This document shows, one piece after another, positions 24,841 to 37,179 of a stretch of DNA of 64,000 nt. A model generated the notes under the pieces. It was not told the origin of the DNA. It worked only from the letters and a program-made list of their open reading frames with translations, and searched no databases. Origin of the DNA: Paraspadella gotoi (lineage: Eukaryota; Animalia; Chaetognatha); contig CM119265.1 of assembly GCA_051294375.1 (NCBI GenBank), forward strand, positions 13,384,124 through 13,448,123, given 5' to 3'. A program made the translations under genes and the position numbers. Position 1 is the stretch's first letter. The number at the start of each line of letters is the position of its first letter.

Positions 24841-25494
24841 CTCATTTTAGAGAGTGGAAAAAGAAAAAAAATGTGCTGAGAATGAGATCGATAAAGCTAT
24901 TAGATTAATCTTGTCATGTCAGCCATTTTTTATTGGCTTTGGTCTATCCTTCAAAAATCTGTGACAGATTTGTTAACGATGAACTTTGTACATATAATCC
25001 TCATAATAATCATCCATTATTAGCCTTTGTTTGATTATGGGCTCTATACCTCATACAAGGTGATATTTAAGGAATAATGTCGCGGTTCTCATCCCTCTTT
25101 CCATCTTACTAACGAAAATCATGAATTATCAAAAACGATTACAAGAACAAAAAATTGACCAAAAAAACTAATTTTCCGTTTTCGAGATAAAGATTTTTGC
25201 GATTTTCCTCTCAAAAACGCGCCCCGTTCGGTCGTTCGAGTCTTTCAGCTCATAACCACGCAAAGACTCTTCTCCTCTCGGCAACGCAATTATGCAAATG
25301 AGAATGAAGCATCGCTGCCTCGCCAGTCTCGGGATGGATTTCTTGCAGCGAGAAAATCGTTCGGTGGTTATACTCGCGAGCGAATCTCTCTCTTTCTCTC
25401 TCGCCTTCTCTCTTTCGCTCGTTGTCTCTATTTGGCTCGCTCTCTCTGCGCTCTTTCTCCCTATCTCATTTCGCATTACTATCTTTATATTGTA

Positions 25495-25599
25495 GCGGTA
25501 GTATTTCATACTCCGCTACTCGTCCGAGCCATAGCCAATTTGCCATAACATAGGTGCTGCTGATTCTCGGACGAGTAGCGGGCTATGAAATACTACCGC
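25495..25599. repeat. ~105-bp hairpin (about 34-bp imperfect stem), mini-MITE or small-RNA precursor
   Basis: gcggtagtatttcata-ctc-cgctactcgtccgag ... ctcggacgagtagcg-ggc-tatgaaatactaccgc. Confidence 0.8.
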
Positions 25600-26510
25600 A
25601 ACTATATTTTCATTTTTCTCATTCTGTCTCTCTGCAACCTCTCAACCTTCATAAAACAGCAAAATGTTTGATTCAATAAACCTATCTATTTTCTATTTTT
25701 TTAACCCGATGCTTTAGGGCGTCGTTTATCAACTCTGACAGCCGCGATAAACTAATAATAACTTGGTATAATTTAACCTTATCTGAGAATTAACCGTTGA
25801 TTATTGCTCACAACTATTTCTATTACATTGAAACTTCATGCCTTTATTCAAAGCTTAAAAATAAATAATAAATAGTTAATAGTTAATAGTTGTGGTTGAA
25901 CCGGGTAACTAATGGACATGATGGCTTCACTTAAATGATCCACGAGGTTTTGATAAACCTGGGTTGCCCGCAATTGGCTGAAAAATATTTACATAATGAG
26001 ATCCTTGATTGATTGATTAATTCTGAAGACTAAGTCGTACGCTTGTGACATAAACTGGAATACAGTTGGGTTTTACATCAGAATCATTTTGTTATTCTAT
26101 TTCATATCTTCCAGTTCCTATATTCTCCTAAAACATATTTATTACTACGTGAATGAGCTACAGCTTAAACTGATTATTACGTGATGAGCTTTTTATCTTT
26201 CGGAAAACAAAACCAAAAAAACTACATTTTTTGTGTCAAAATAATTTAATAATAATTAACGCAACATTGCATTGGAAAGCGTAATTGATTGAGCAAAACG
26301 CAAAGAACGCGAGACATCATTAGTCGAGTCGTTTAAAATCGATTTTATTTGGTTTTTCTTTCCCCAAAATCCATTCGGCGCTTCTGGGTACAGGGTCGAA
26401 CTGAAACGTCCCTCTCAGAGTTCAGCGACGAAAAAAGAGACTTCGAAAAGCCCCACCCAACGCAGCGCTAGGCCTTGCGCAGCGTCGCCGGGCCTGGCGC
26501 AGCGCAAACA

Positions 26511-29500
26511 TTAGTCCATCTTATAGAGAATTCCGGAGCCGACGACGATGACGAGTCCTACCAACCAGAAGAGACCGAGTTGCGTTTTGAAAATGACGAC
26601 AGCGCCTTGGCCAAGGGTAACAGGGAAAGGCGTTCAATCGAGAAAAGCTGAGATTATATTAAATTTTAGTTAAGACTATGAGGTAAGACACGCTGAAAGA
26701 AAGGTGGATACTGGATAAGAATAGGCTGCTCAAAGCACACCTTGTCCAAACCTGGATAATTGGATATGGTAATGAATCAATGAAAAGGCGTGGAGAAACC
26801 TGCAGCAAAGCATACATACTGGAGGAGGACAAGCATAAACGACGATCTTAAGTTGAGTAAAGAAATAAGGATCGCACTCTGCCGCCCATTCCTCACCGAT
26901 AGAGGCGAGAATGATGGCGACCGCGTTGCAAAAGTTTCGGACGATGTTGTCCGAGTATTTCATCACCAAGGAAATGACGATTCCGCCGAGCGAGTGGAGA
27001 ACGACGACACAGTGGACCAATATGTTAAAGCCAACGAAGGGACCCTGTAGAGAAAATATATGTCTGTATGTCTGACGTGTCTCTCTCTCTCGCACTCTCT
27101 CTCTCTCTGTCGGTCTATTGGTCTGTTTATATCTTTCCCTCTGTGTCTCTCTCTTTTGCTCACTGTCTGTCTCTTTGTCTGTCTATCTATCGCTGTCTCC
27201 TTGTCGGTGTGCTGCTTATCTCTCTCTCTTTCTCTCTCTCTCTCATCAACGGAATGGACCTATAAACGGACTTGGTTGGCCTAGTGATGTGATTGCTCGT
27301 CTCCTTCACGAATCATCAGAATGCCGACGAATCACAGACCTTACTTCAACCTTAGAATGACCAATGACCGACGGAGGAACCGACGGAGGGATTGATGGTC
27401 AAAATTGCTAAGAGAACTCTAGGCATTCACCTCTACACCTAAACTCAAGAAAGAACACTTCTTCAAATAATAATAATTTCTTCAAATAATAATTATTTGA
27501 AGAAGTGTTCTTTCTTGAGTTTAGGTGTAGAGGTGAATGCCTAGAGTTCTCTTAGCAATTTTGACCATCAATCCCTCCGTCGGTTCCTCTGTCGGTCATT
27601 GGTCATTCTAAGGTTGAAGTAAGGTCTGTGATTCGTCGGCATTCTGATGATTCGTGAAGGAGACGAGCAATCACATCACTAGGCCAACCAAGTCCGTTTA
27701 TAGGTCCATTCCGTTGATGCTCTCTTCTTTCCTCTCTTCTTTTCTATTCCTCTCCTCCCAGAGCCCATCGACTCTTCCCCCTCCATTTTCTCCCCATCCC
27801 TACTTCTTCTCCCCTTCTCTCCCATCACCCTTCCTCCTCCTCCGCTTCTCACCCGCTCCGGATCCCGGATCTTCTCCCAATCTTGACCGATCGCGATGCC
27901 TCCCGTCACGATGACCCCGAAAAAGTAGATCTGAATATTTTTGACCCAGAGGGAGACTTCGGCGCCAGAGTTTGGTTTGATGAGTTTCTCGAAGAAGACG
28001 GAGGCGAAGCCGGAGCAGAGACAGTAGGCGAGGACGGAGAGGAGTCCGATAGGGTAGTTCACGTCCTTTACTGCGACTGATTAGAGAGGGATGGGAAGCG
28101 GCGGGTAGGTTGATGCGGGACTAATTGGGTGGGGAAGGGGTCGGGAAAGTTTACGCCTCTGAGTTTTTTTCTTTTTTTGTAGACTTTGCCGATAGAAGTG
28201 CTTCCAGTGACGGAAGCCGCCTTAGGAGGCGTGGCAACAACCCCGAGTCATGTTTAAAAATCCAGGATCCGCTCAATCGCTTAACCAGTTAACGCTTTGT
28301 CTACAGTAACATGAAATTCTCATCTACTGAATCTACGAGGAGAAATTTCACGGACCTTTCTTTATGTTGTCCAAAGAAACGAGCGCCACTCCGATTGTCA
28401 ATAGCAAGACGGCGATCCATTTTCGCATCCCCAATTCGGTCTTCATGATGATCACCATGAAAATCGCCGTCGACACGATTTTGAACTGAAGCGTCACCTG
28501 ACGATGGAAGAAGAAAAAAAGAACAGTTGTCGAAGGGGAACGCAAGTTACGGATATTAAACGAAGAAAGATTATCGATTGAACCGATTCAACAATCACGC
28601 AAGAATCCTTAAAAATTTAGTTTTCATTCTAGTACATCTCTCGAATGGTGATCGCCAAACGCGATAACCAGTGGTTATTAACCACGCTTGATAAATGATT
28701 GGGAGGAGGCATCAGTAGTAGGGCAAAGGAGTAAGCACGAGCTCATTCCGCCATCGAAGAGAGAGGGGCCGCTCGCTTCAATGGATCACTTAGCAAGCAT
28801 TCGAGCGCCTGATAAGTTGCTGGGTCCAAGTTATCCAGAGCGAGGTACCCCAAATTGTTCTGAACGGCGTAAACGACCGAAGGAACGGACATCAAGAGAG
28901 TCTCGTACTTATTCTTCGCTAACTCGTGAGTGACCACAGCTTTGAAGGACTGGAACCAAAAAAAAAAAAAAAAAAAAAAAAATTGTTGGGATTGTGGACA
29001 TTGTTTAATTTGTCGTCGTCGTCGTTTCTCGGTTCACCCCGATCGATCCCGCGTGCTCCCAAAAAAGAGATACGAATAGAGAGATGACGAGTTTTTGCGC
29101 CTCCGCCAGGAAAACCGCTATCGACGCCAAGTAGTTGCTGCCTTCCACGATCTGAGTGTAGCGTTGCAGCAAAGTACAGCAGGCGATGTCTAGTGACAGC
29201 AGCATTAGAAGGAAGAAACGGCCCGTGATATTGCCGATCATTTTTATAAATCTGGAATAGTTACATGTAAACATTTTCTTTGTTTATGTATATGTAGCAT
29301 ACAATTTTTATGAATATTTTTCGAATTTAAAAGTATAACAATACGTATTCGACTAATTATAGTACCTACAATTACTTATCATGCATTGTTTAGTAACGAA
29401 CATCGTAATCTCCCTGCAAAATAAATTAATAATATTTTTTTCCGGAAAGAAAAAGACAAAATATATTGTTTTTCAGTTCCTTCTGTCATACACAAATTAA

Positions 29501-29575
29501 TACGCAATTGATAACTAACTTTTAATTCAGCATTTACCTTTTAGAAGGACTTTGCTCACTAGGATAGGGTTTCAT
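26511..29575 (-). CDS. SLC35A: SLC35A-family nucleotide-sugar transporter (UDP-Gal/UDP-GlcNAc/CMP-Sia type)
   Basis: Exon 29575-29538 MKPYPSEQSPSKR, then ..LLQRYTQ..YLASIAVFLAEAQKLVIS, ..SVPSVVYAVQNNLGYLALDNLDPATYQ|VTLQFKIVSTAIF..KWIAVLLLTIGVALV, ..CLCSGFASVFFEKLIK..SLWVKNIQIYFFG, ..GGIVISLVMKYSDNIVRNF. Last exon 26605-26511 ..VIVVGSGILYKMD*. All are hallmark SLC35A motifs. Confidence 0.92.
27244..27719. mobile_element. 476-bp near-perfect palindrome (foldback/MITE) in an SLC35A intron, inserted in a CT tract
   Basis: catcaacggaatggacctataaacgg...gaacacttcttcaaataat | attatttgaagaagtgttc...ccgtttataggtccattccgttgatg. Arms ~225 bp, one clear mismatch seen, short AT-rich centre, ctct on both flanks. 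Confidence 0.9.
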
Positions 29576-30536
29576 TTTTTTGTAGAAAGTTAATGTAAAC
29601 TATTTTTCTTAAATCGATGTTCTAAGTGCATGTAAAAATAAACATTGCGCAGCCGCAAACAACCTCAATTGAAAGGAACAATTGAAAGGATTGAAAGAAA
29701 ATTGTAAGAAAAATCTATCATTTTTATTTGTCGCGCTGATCAGGAGATGAACTCCCTCCAAAACACACACATGAGTGAGTTCATTCCCTTTTTTAACCCA
29801 GTCCTAATTAAGACAGGGTTTTTTCGACTGAAACGGATATTTCTTTTTAAATTATAACATACCCCTCGAAAATGTACAATTTTTTTTACGTCTATTTAAC
29901 TGTTATTACCTATTACAAAGATTTGTCTTTTACTTTCTTTATATGAATATTTTTCCTTTACTTTCTATAGAAATTTGCTCTTCTGACTGCATTTTCATTT
30001 ACATCGCTTTACCCAAAATAGCTCATTTTTGCTTATTTTAGTTTTAATAAACCAGATAGCTCCACAAAGAAAAAAGAGCATTTTTAAAAACAAAATAGTA
30101 ATAAAATATATTTTTTCTGAAACAAAAGAACAGTAAAAAACTTTATCTGCACCTACTAGATCTTCGCTGTATACTGCTTTTCAACAAAATAGCAAGTGTT
30201 TTTTTTATTTTTTTAAATTTAAATATTTGAAAAAATAATTTTTTTGATATTTTTAGTATGTACTTTTTTTATTTTATAAAAATTTGAAAAATTACCTGTT
30301 TTACTATTTTCTATTTTTCTTTATATTTATTTTATTTTATTTTTTATTCTATGTCTGATCATTCAAATTATCGTCGTCGTTTCTGTCGATCTCGATCCCA
30401 ACCGATGAGTCATCCAGCCAGAGAGAGAGAAAGAGCGAGAGAGATTCGCTGCTCCGTCATACAGCAAGGGGGCATTAAAGAGCATTTCGCCAACATTTCA
30501 TTATCCTACGCTACAGGGATTCTTTAACATTATTTA

Positions 30537-31020
30537 CAGGGGTGGGACCATATATCGAGATAAAACTTAACGTCCTGCCCTGTCTGAATGATTTGAGATA
30601 CAATAATAAAATAGGTGCCAATAATTTTTTTGTCTTTTTACTTTCATATGCAATGAAACAATAACAAATTTTAAACAGCTACAGGGCATTGTGGATGTTT
30701 TCAAATCATTTAGTCATTTTTATATGCTCACCTTATATTGTATAGTATAAAAGCCATACTTGTTAATATGTTTCAGTAGTCATTTCTGAACATGACAGGG
30801 TTATTAGGGGGAGCCTAACTCAAACCGCATGGAGAAAATCGAGCAGTTTCCTTTGCTGCATCAAAAAAAGCATTATATTAAAGAATTTCAAAAAGATTAA
30901 AATATCATCTAAAAGCTAAGAGAGAGTATTATATAAATATTTATTCCTATTTTAAAAATAATTAAGAGTTTTAGAGTAATGATTTTTTAAATTTTGTCTC
31001 GATATATGGTCCCACCCCTG
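30537..31020. mobile_element. MITE with ~28-bp TIRs (Tc1/mariner-like CAG ends)
   Basis: caggggtgggaccatatatcgagataaaa ... ttttgtctcgatatatggtcccacccctg. TA on the left flank, AA on the right (TSD imperfect). Confidence 0.75.
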
Positions 31021-31970
31021 AATATTACAGAACTCTTATTTATTATTTTTTTCCATTTTTTAGATATATTACCAGCTATCTAAACAAGCTTTGAATGTTC
31101 AATAGCTGTATGTTATTACATATTATCACATATCACATATTAAGTAGAGCTTCAGGATCTGATCAGAATACAGTGACAGGGCATCTTCAATTTGCAAAGT
31201 ATCCTGATAATAAATTACAATTTTTAAAATAGGTACAGCATTAAACATATATTTTAGTATACTTATTATGCATTTTAAGATATATCTTTTATAAAATTGT
31301 ATAATAATATTCATCTAAAATTTTTTTATTCATACTTTTTCATATACATAATATAAACATATAGATATTGTAGATATGTACCTCACATTAAACTAACACT
31401 CAGGTTTGAGCCCTGATAGTTCTGTTGGGAGTTGAATTTTTTTTTTACTATAAATTTTGATAGAACTGATGGGGTTTTGGGGATTTGAATCCTTCAATAC
31501 TTCACCCCACACAAACTGACATTGACTATGCTATTCAAGCATATTCTATTTAAGATTCATTAATATTTTTTTTCTTTAATCAACATTAGACCTTGCCATA
31601 TATGAAAAGTTTTGAAATCAAAAAACGAGTATTGTGTAAAGGTGCCCATACATCATATGAATTTTTTGAACATTTTTGTAAAAAAAAAAATTTACATAAA
31701 TGCTGCCAACTTTGAAAAAAATGAAAAAATGGTAAAAAATGGACTTTTTGCTAAATATCTTTAAAAGCTTTATTGCTAGAGGGACGAAACCCAAACTATC
31801 TTGTAGAGCAGAAAAAATTGACTATGTTTAATCATTTAATCGCTTTTATCAATTTTTCTTTTTCTTTTATATAGAAAAAAAAATATTATGTATATACTCT
31901 CCTTTCGTTGTTTTTGAGGTATTAGGAAAAAACAGTTTTTGTTTGACAACGATTTATTTGACACAATTTA

Positions 31971-32019
31971 GTCAGACATGTTTCGGCTCATTCATTTAGA
32001 GCCTTCATCAGTGTTTGAC
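31971..32019 (-). ncRNA. Minimal type I hammerhead ribozyme (PLE-associated), copy 1
   Basis: Reverse complement reads gtcaaaca CTGATGA a ggctc taaatgaat gagcc GAAA catg TC tgac. Confidence 0.8.
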
Positions 32020-32739
32020 AATCAATATTTTGTCTCTGTTGAAGTAAGTTTTTGAGAGAGAGAAAGAGAGAGAGAGAAGAGAAAATTGAGGGAGAGTTTC
32101 CAACAAAGAATAAGTTAAGGACAGTGGTCAGATCTGAGGACAGCTGAAGGTGAGGAGAGGGAAGAAGTAAGTCTTTGAAAAATGAAATGAGAGTGGGAGA
32201 GAGAGAGAGAGAGAGAGAGCAAAGCAAAAATTTTTAAACAATACATTTAGCAATGTACAACAGAGATAAAATGCATGAAATCTAACATAAACTGAAATTA
32301 ATGTTAACAATAGAAATAAATAAGTTAGTAGAATAAAGTGAAATTTGAAATAGAAAATAAGTGGTGAGGGATAGATAAGTGAAGAAAAGTGAAAGTAAAT
32401 AAAGAAAGAGCTCAAAAAATGAGTTGGCCCCCCCCCGGCCGGGCAAATGGAGGACGTTGACGATAAAGTCGGGTCATTGGCCTGTCATAGGTTGCGAGGG
32501 TATACTTGTAGAGTTTGATATGCTTGGATCCGGAAGAGATCCGCTTGGGAAAATGCCAAGTGCTACTCGTATATCCCTTTGGCCTGATAACCTGCCGACA
32601 GCCCTCTCTCACCTGACGGTGAGGCAGGCAGTTGCCTGTTCTGGCCCTGTTTTGCTACAGGAGATACAGACTCCTCTCCCTCCTCCTGTAGCCGTGTTTT
32701 GGCGACGCTCAGCGCGAGGAGAGTCGCGCCAAGTTGCTA

Positions 32740-32990
32740 CAGGTTCAGGAAAGGTATCGGACGTCCATTGCCTGCTGAGAGGGCTCCGCCTGATCCGTTG
32801 AGTGGGAACAGGGGAATCATTGTGCGGTTGGGGTGGCTCTGGGCGTTCCACACCATTTGGATGAGCGAATCATAGCTTGGAGGGAGGTCGAATCGTCCCT
32901 CCATCACGGTTCAGAGAGGGTTCGAGAGCTTTGATGTAGATTGCCTCTCTAATACCTCTAGAAAACCAGTTTTGGTCAAGGGACAGCACG
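32740..32990 (-). pseudogene. C-terminal fragment of a Penelope-like element ORF (end of GIY-YIG endonuclease)
   Basis: VLSLDQNWFSRGIREAIYIKALEPSLNRDGG(+1)RFDLPPSYDSLI matches the conserved R..EAIYI....PSLNRDGG tail of Penelope/Poseidon ORFs. Confidence 0.85.
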
Positions 32991-33421
32991 GCCGGGGGGG
33001 GGCCAGCTCATTTTTGAGCTCTTTCTTTTACTTACTTTCACTTTTCTTCACTTATCTATCCCTCACCACTTATTTTCTATTTCAAATTTTCACTTTATTC
33101 TACTAAACTTATTATTTTCTATTGTTAACATTAATTTCAGTTTATGTTTAGATTTCATGCATTTTATCTCTGTTGTACATTGCTAAATGTATTGTTTAAA
33201 AATTTTTGCTTTGCTCTCTCTCTCTCTCTCTCTCTCTCTCCCACTCTCATTTCATTTTTCAAAGACTTACTTCTTCCCTCTCCTCACCTTCAGCTGTCCT
33301 CAGATCTGACCACTGTCCCTTAACTTATTCTTTGTTGGAAACTCTCCCTCAATTTCTCTCTCTCTCTCTCTCTTTTCTCTCTCTCAAAAACTTACTTCAA
33401 ACAGAGACAAAATATTGATTT

Positions 33422-33470
33422 GTCAAACACTGATGAAGGCTCTAAATGAATGAGCCGAAACATGTCTGAC
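33422..33470 (+). ncRNA. Minimal type I hammerhead ribozyme (PLE-associated), copy 2
   Basis: CTGATGA 33430-33436, stem II ggctc/gagcc, GAAA 33457-33460, palindromic acatgt mini stem III, predicted cleavage after GUC at 33466. Stem I is weak. Confidence 0.8.
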
Positions 33471-34802
33471 TAAATTTGTGTCAAATAAAATCGTTGTCAA
33501 ACAAAAACTGTTTTTTCCTAAAGAAAAAAAAATAAAAAATTACTTATTTAAAAAACCTAATTCCATTATAAATAATAAAAATTAAAAAAAAACTTTAATG
33601 ACCTGGTGAAACAAAATATTAAAGTTACCCATTGTCAAATCAGAATTACTATTTTTTTATTTACTCGGAGAAAAGTGCATTCCCTTTTTCCCTTTAGCCT
33701 AGTTCAAACCTATTAAATAAAAATAATTATTAAGGAAAGTGATTTTTTTTAAATTTAAAAAAAATATAACTTTTTAACCGATAATCCTTTTTTAAAAATT
33801 CTTTCAGCAAAACAAAGGCAATTATTTCTTTAATTCATTCGCCATAATTTTTTTTACAAAATATTTTGCAAGCATTGTTAAAAATATCATTTTTTAAAAA
33901 TTTTATCAAAAATTGCCCAAAACAATAGTTTTTAAAAATAATTTTACTTAGTAAAAAATTCACTTAATTTATAATGCAAGGTATGTAACAAAGTCAATTT
34001 TTTCCGCTCTACAAGATAGTTTGGGTTTCGTCCCTCTAGCAATAAATTTTTAAAGATATTTAGCAAAAAGTCCATTTTTTACCATTTTTTTTCATTTTTT
34101 TCAAAGTTGGCAGCATTTACTGTAAATTTTTTTGGAAAAAAAATGTTCAAAAAATTCATATGATGTATGGGCACCTTTTACACAATACTCGTTTTTTGAT
34201 TTCAAAACTTTTCATATATGGCAAGGTCTAATCAACATCCAATATTTTATTCAATTACCTCATTACCTTAATGTGTATGATATATGATACAAATTAAAAA
34301 AAAAAATTCAAGTATTACAGTAACAGTTCAGCTTAAGCCCTTGAAAGCGATTTACATGTATTGGCGCAGCCACTGATTTAGTTTATTTTTAAAACTGCGT
34401 ACGCTAAAAATCCTTGAGCCGATGATTTTGGTTTAAATCGATGCTCATTGTTACGCCCCCTTTCTCAAGAACCCGATCCTTACCTTCTAAATAGCCCGAC
34501 CTTTTCGTGTTCATATCAGCTCCCTCGCATTTTCTCTTCGACGGTCGAAGAAAATTCACAATTGTCGATGTTGTTGTCGGCCATTCCCCCCCCCCACTTT
34601 TTTTTTCGTTTTTCTTTTTTTTTTTCTGTCTCTTTCAATTTCGTCCCATCTTTTGCCCCTTTCTTGGCCTTGCTCATTCTCTGTCTTGCCTTGTCCCTCA
34701 ATTGACCTTTGCTTACCTTTTCTAAAGCAAAGCTGTTTCTCTCTTTTCTCTCTTTTCTCTTTTTTTCTCTCTCTCTCTCTCCTCTCTCCTCTCTCGCTCT
34801 CT

Positions 34803-34833
<31 letters not shown>

Positions 34834-34870
34834 GTCTCCTCCAAGATCCTCTCCTCCTGCGTCTTCTCTT

Positions 34871-34916
<46 letters not shown>

Positions 34917-36299
34917 CTCTCTCGTTTCCATGCAAATCTGTGAGCTGATAGGATACGCCTTCACGGGACTGAGAATTCGTAGCCTAAATTTTGTTACTCA
35001 GCTCATCCAAAAACATACATTATATAAAGTTATATGAATTAAGTGACGACAATTACGCAGGATTAGAAATACAGAAAATATTGGCTTACATATCATAGAA
35101 GCCAGTTGAAATCTTAGTTGCGGAATGAAAACACAGTCACAATGCAGCGCGCGTTACAATCTAAAAACGAGATATAAAATTAAAAGCTTAAAAAGTTAAT
35201 TCATACATGACAAACTCCATTCTATAGCAATTTAAATTATCTGAGACTCACTCTTTCTATTTACTCAGATCGCCTTCATCGACCTTCGCAATGGAATAAA
35301 AATCAGGTACGAAAAATTCTGGAATCGATAGTCTCTCTATCCCTCTCTCCGTTCGCTAGTTCGTTCGTCGAGTAATCAATGCAAATGGCGAAAGGGTTCA
35401 CACCCACAGCGACGCGAAATGACGCATCGCTTTATGCGAATGAGGTTCGAACTTCGAGGTTCTCATCCGATGGAAACGAGGACTTTGCAACCGTTCGGTT
35501 TTTCATTCTTTCCGTCACTTGTTTCTTTAATTAATTCTATCTATCAATTATTTTTTCTTTTCTTTTTTTAAATTTTTTTATTTAACTTTTTCTTACCTTC
35601 ATGTTGTTTTTCTTTCTCGTTTGATTTCTTCCTTCTGGATTAACCAACAATAGAGAGTTTAAGTCGCAAATTATTCAGCAAACATAGATTCTCTCAACAA
35701 AAGAAAAGAAAAAGGACGTGTGAGTGTTTCAGTAGAGCTAAGAGAACTTCCCTATCCTCAAGATGACGACGCATTCCGCAAGAAAGTATCGAGGTGAGAA
35801 AAATTAAAAAATTGTGATAATCAGAAACGTTGATTCCAATATCTTGCACCGCGTTAAATCACATTTCCAGTGATTATCTCAAGCATAAGACATATGCCTT
35901 AAAAGCGTCTAATGTTATCACTTTTCTACCAAATATTAAATAAAAGAAACTATGCGGAAAAACTAATTTATTTATTTATTTATTCATAGATCAACAAGGA
36001 AAATTTAAGAATTTAAATTTAAATTTAAAAACGAAGTATAAAAAACTAAAATAAAAAAATTATTTATACACAAACAAGTTTGAGCAAACAACGTCGGATC
36101 TACCTACGATAATTAAGCGGTAATAAGCAAATCTGATGATTAATCACGATAATTCTTTCTGACTTTCAATTTGTGATCTTAAAAGATCACAACAAATCAT
36201 AACATAACTGACTTCTTTATAAATCTATTAAAAAATCTATGTATAAATCAATTGATCTATCAATCATTACCAGTAACTGCGCCAATACCAACTTGTATA

Positions 36300-36540
36300 T
36301 TTTGGTCAACTTGCATAATTTGCTCAACTTGCATAAATTGATGAACTTGAATAATTTGGTCAACTTGCATAATTTGCTCAACTTGCATAAATTGATGAAC
36401 TTGAATAATTTGGTCAACTTGCATAATTTGCTCAACTTGCATAATATGGTCAACTTGCATAATTTTGTCAACATGTATAATTTGGTCAACTTGCATAATT
36501 TGGTTCACTTGCATAGTTTGGTCAACCGGCATAATTTGGT
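36300..36540. repeat. 18-bp minisatellite (tttggtcaacttgcataa)n, ~13 units
   Basis: Direct tandem units; these produce the spurious repetitive ORFs at 36217-36634. Confidence 0.92.
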
Positions 36541-36654
36541 TAAATGCATATTTTTGTTATACTTTTTTCATATCAGATCTAATAAATCTAATCTAATTAA
36601 TGATTTTCTCCGTGAGAATAAGAGAGAGAGATAGAGAGACTTTAATAAAAATCA

Positions 36655-37140
36655 GTAAATGTGACTTTTGTTTTTTCTATCAAAACTCATTTCTACTAAT
36701 TACATATATAGCTTTATATAGCAAGCTTAATAACAAACTTTCTTACCCGCACACAAAATTTTATTTCAGTTCATCTACGTATGCAATCTTGAATAAATAA
36801 AATAATTATGAGTAAAAAGTTTAAGTAAATATGACTTTTGTTTTTTCCACTTATACTCATTTCCACTAGGACGATTCCATCGAAACTTTATATCTAGCTT
36901 AATCACACACTTTCCTACCCACACACAAAATTTCATTCCAATCCATCCTACCAATCATGAGTAATTGGAGTTTTTTGCTAAGGGGGGACGGACGGACAGA
37001 CATCATTTTTTTTTTTGGCATAATTTATCATAATTCGATGTTCTGACATGATTTAAGTGAATGACCGACAAGATTGTGGGGGTGGACCGACAAAGTGAAT
37101 TATAGAGTCGGAATCCGCGATAAGCAGACCCGACTAAAAA
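36655..37140 (+). mobile_element. Probable Helentron/HINE-like non-autonomous element remnant
   Basis: Two internal ~170-bp direct repeats (from 36655 and 36824), a ggacggacggacagac micro-repeat and a terminal hairpin agtcgg...ccgact followed by aaaaa, as in DINE-1/HINE-type elements. Confidence 0.45.
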
Positions 37141-37179
37141 TAACGCGAACGATTTTCAAATAAAATTTGCTTTAGTTGC

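Larger units (their letters stand above)
31922..33521 (-). mobile_element. 5'-truncated Penelope-like retroelement with inverted ~520-bp pLTRs
   Basis: Inverted repeats 31922-32441 and 32989-33521 flank a core whose minus strand encodes the PLE GIY-YIG C-terminus. Each arm holds a hammerhead motif. Confidence 0.85.
31587..34230. mobile_element. Non-autonomous hAT-like DNA transposon with ~240-bp TIRs, carrying a nested Penelope-like element
   Basis: tagaccttgccatatatgaaaag... / ...cttttcatatatggcaaggtcta. Perfect 8-bp TSD atcaacat at 31579-31586 and 34231-34238. No transposase ORF. Confidence 0.9.

Noticed and set aside
27640-27680. CTGATGA followed by a small stem in the palindrome as another hammerhead
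   Set aside because: It is followed by GCAA rather than GAAA, and no stem III or NUH site is apparent.
36217-36634. Repetitive ORFs (LVNLHN / MQVDQI / KLCKLT) as repeat proteins
   Set aside because: They are translations of an 18-bp minisatellite open in several frames, with no splice or homology support.
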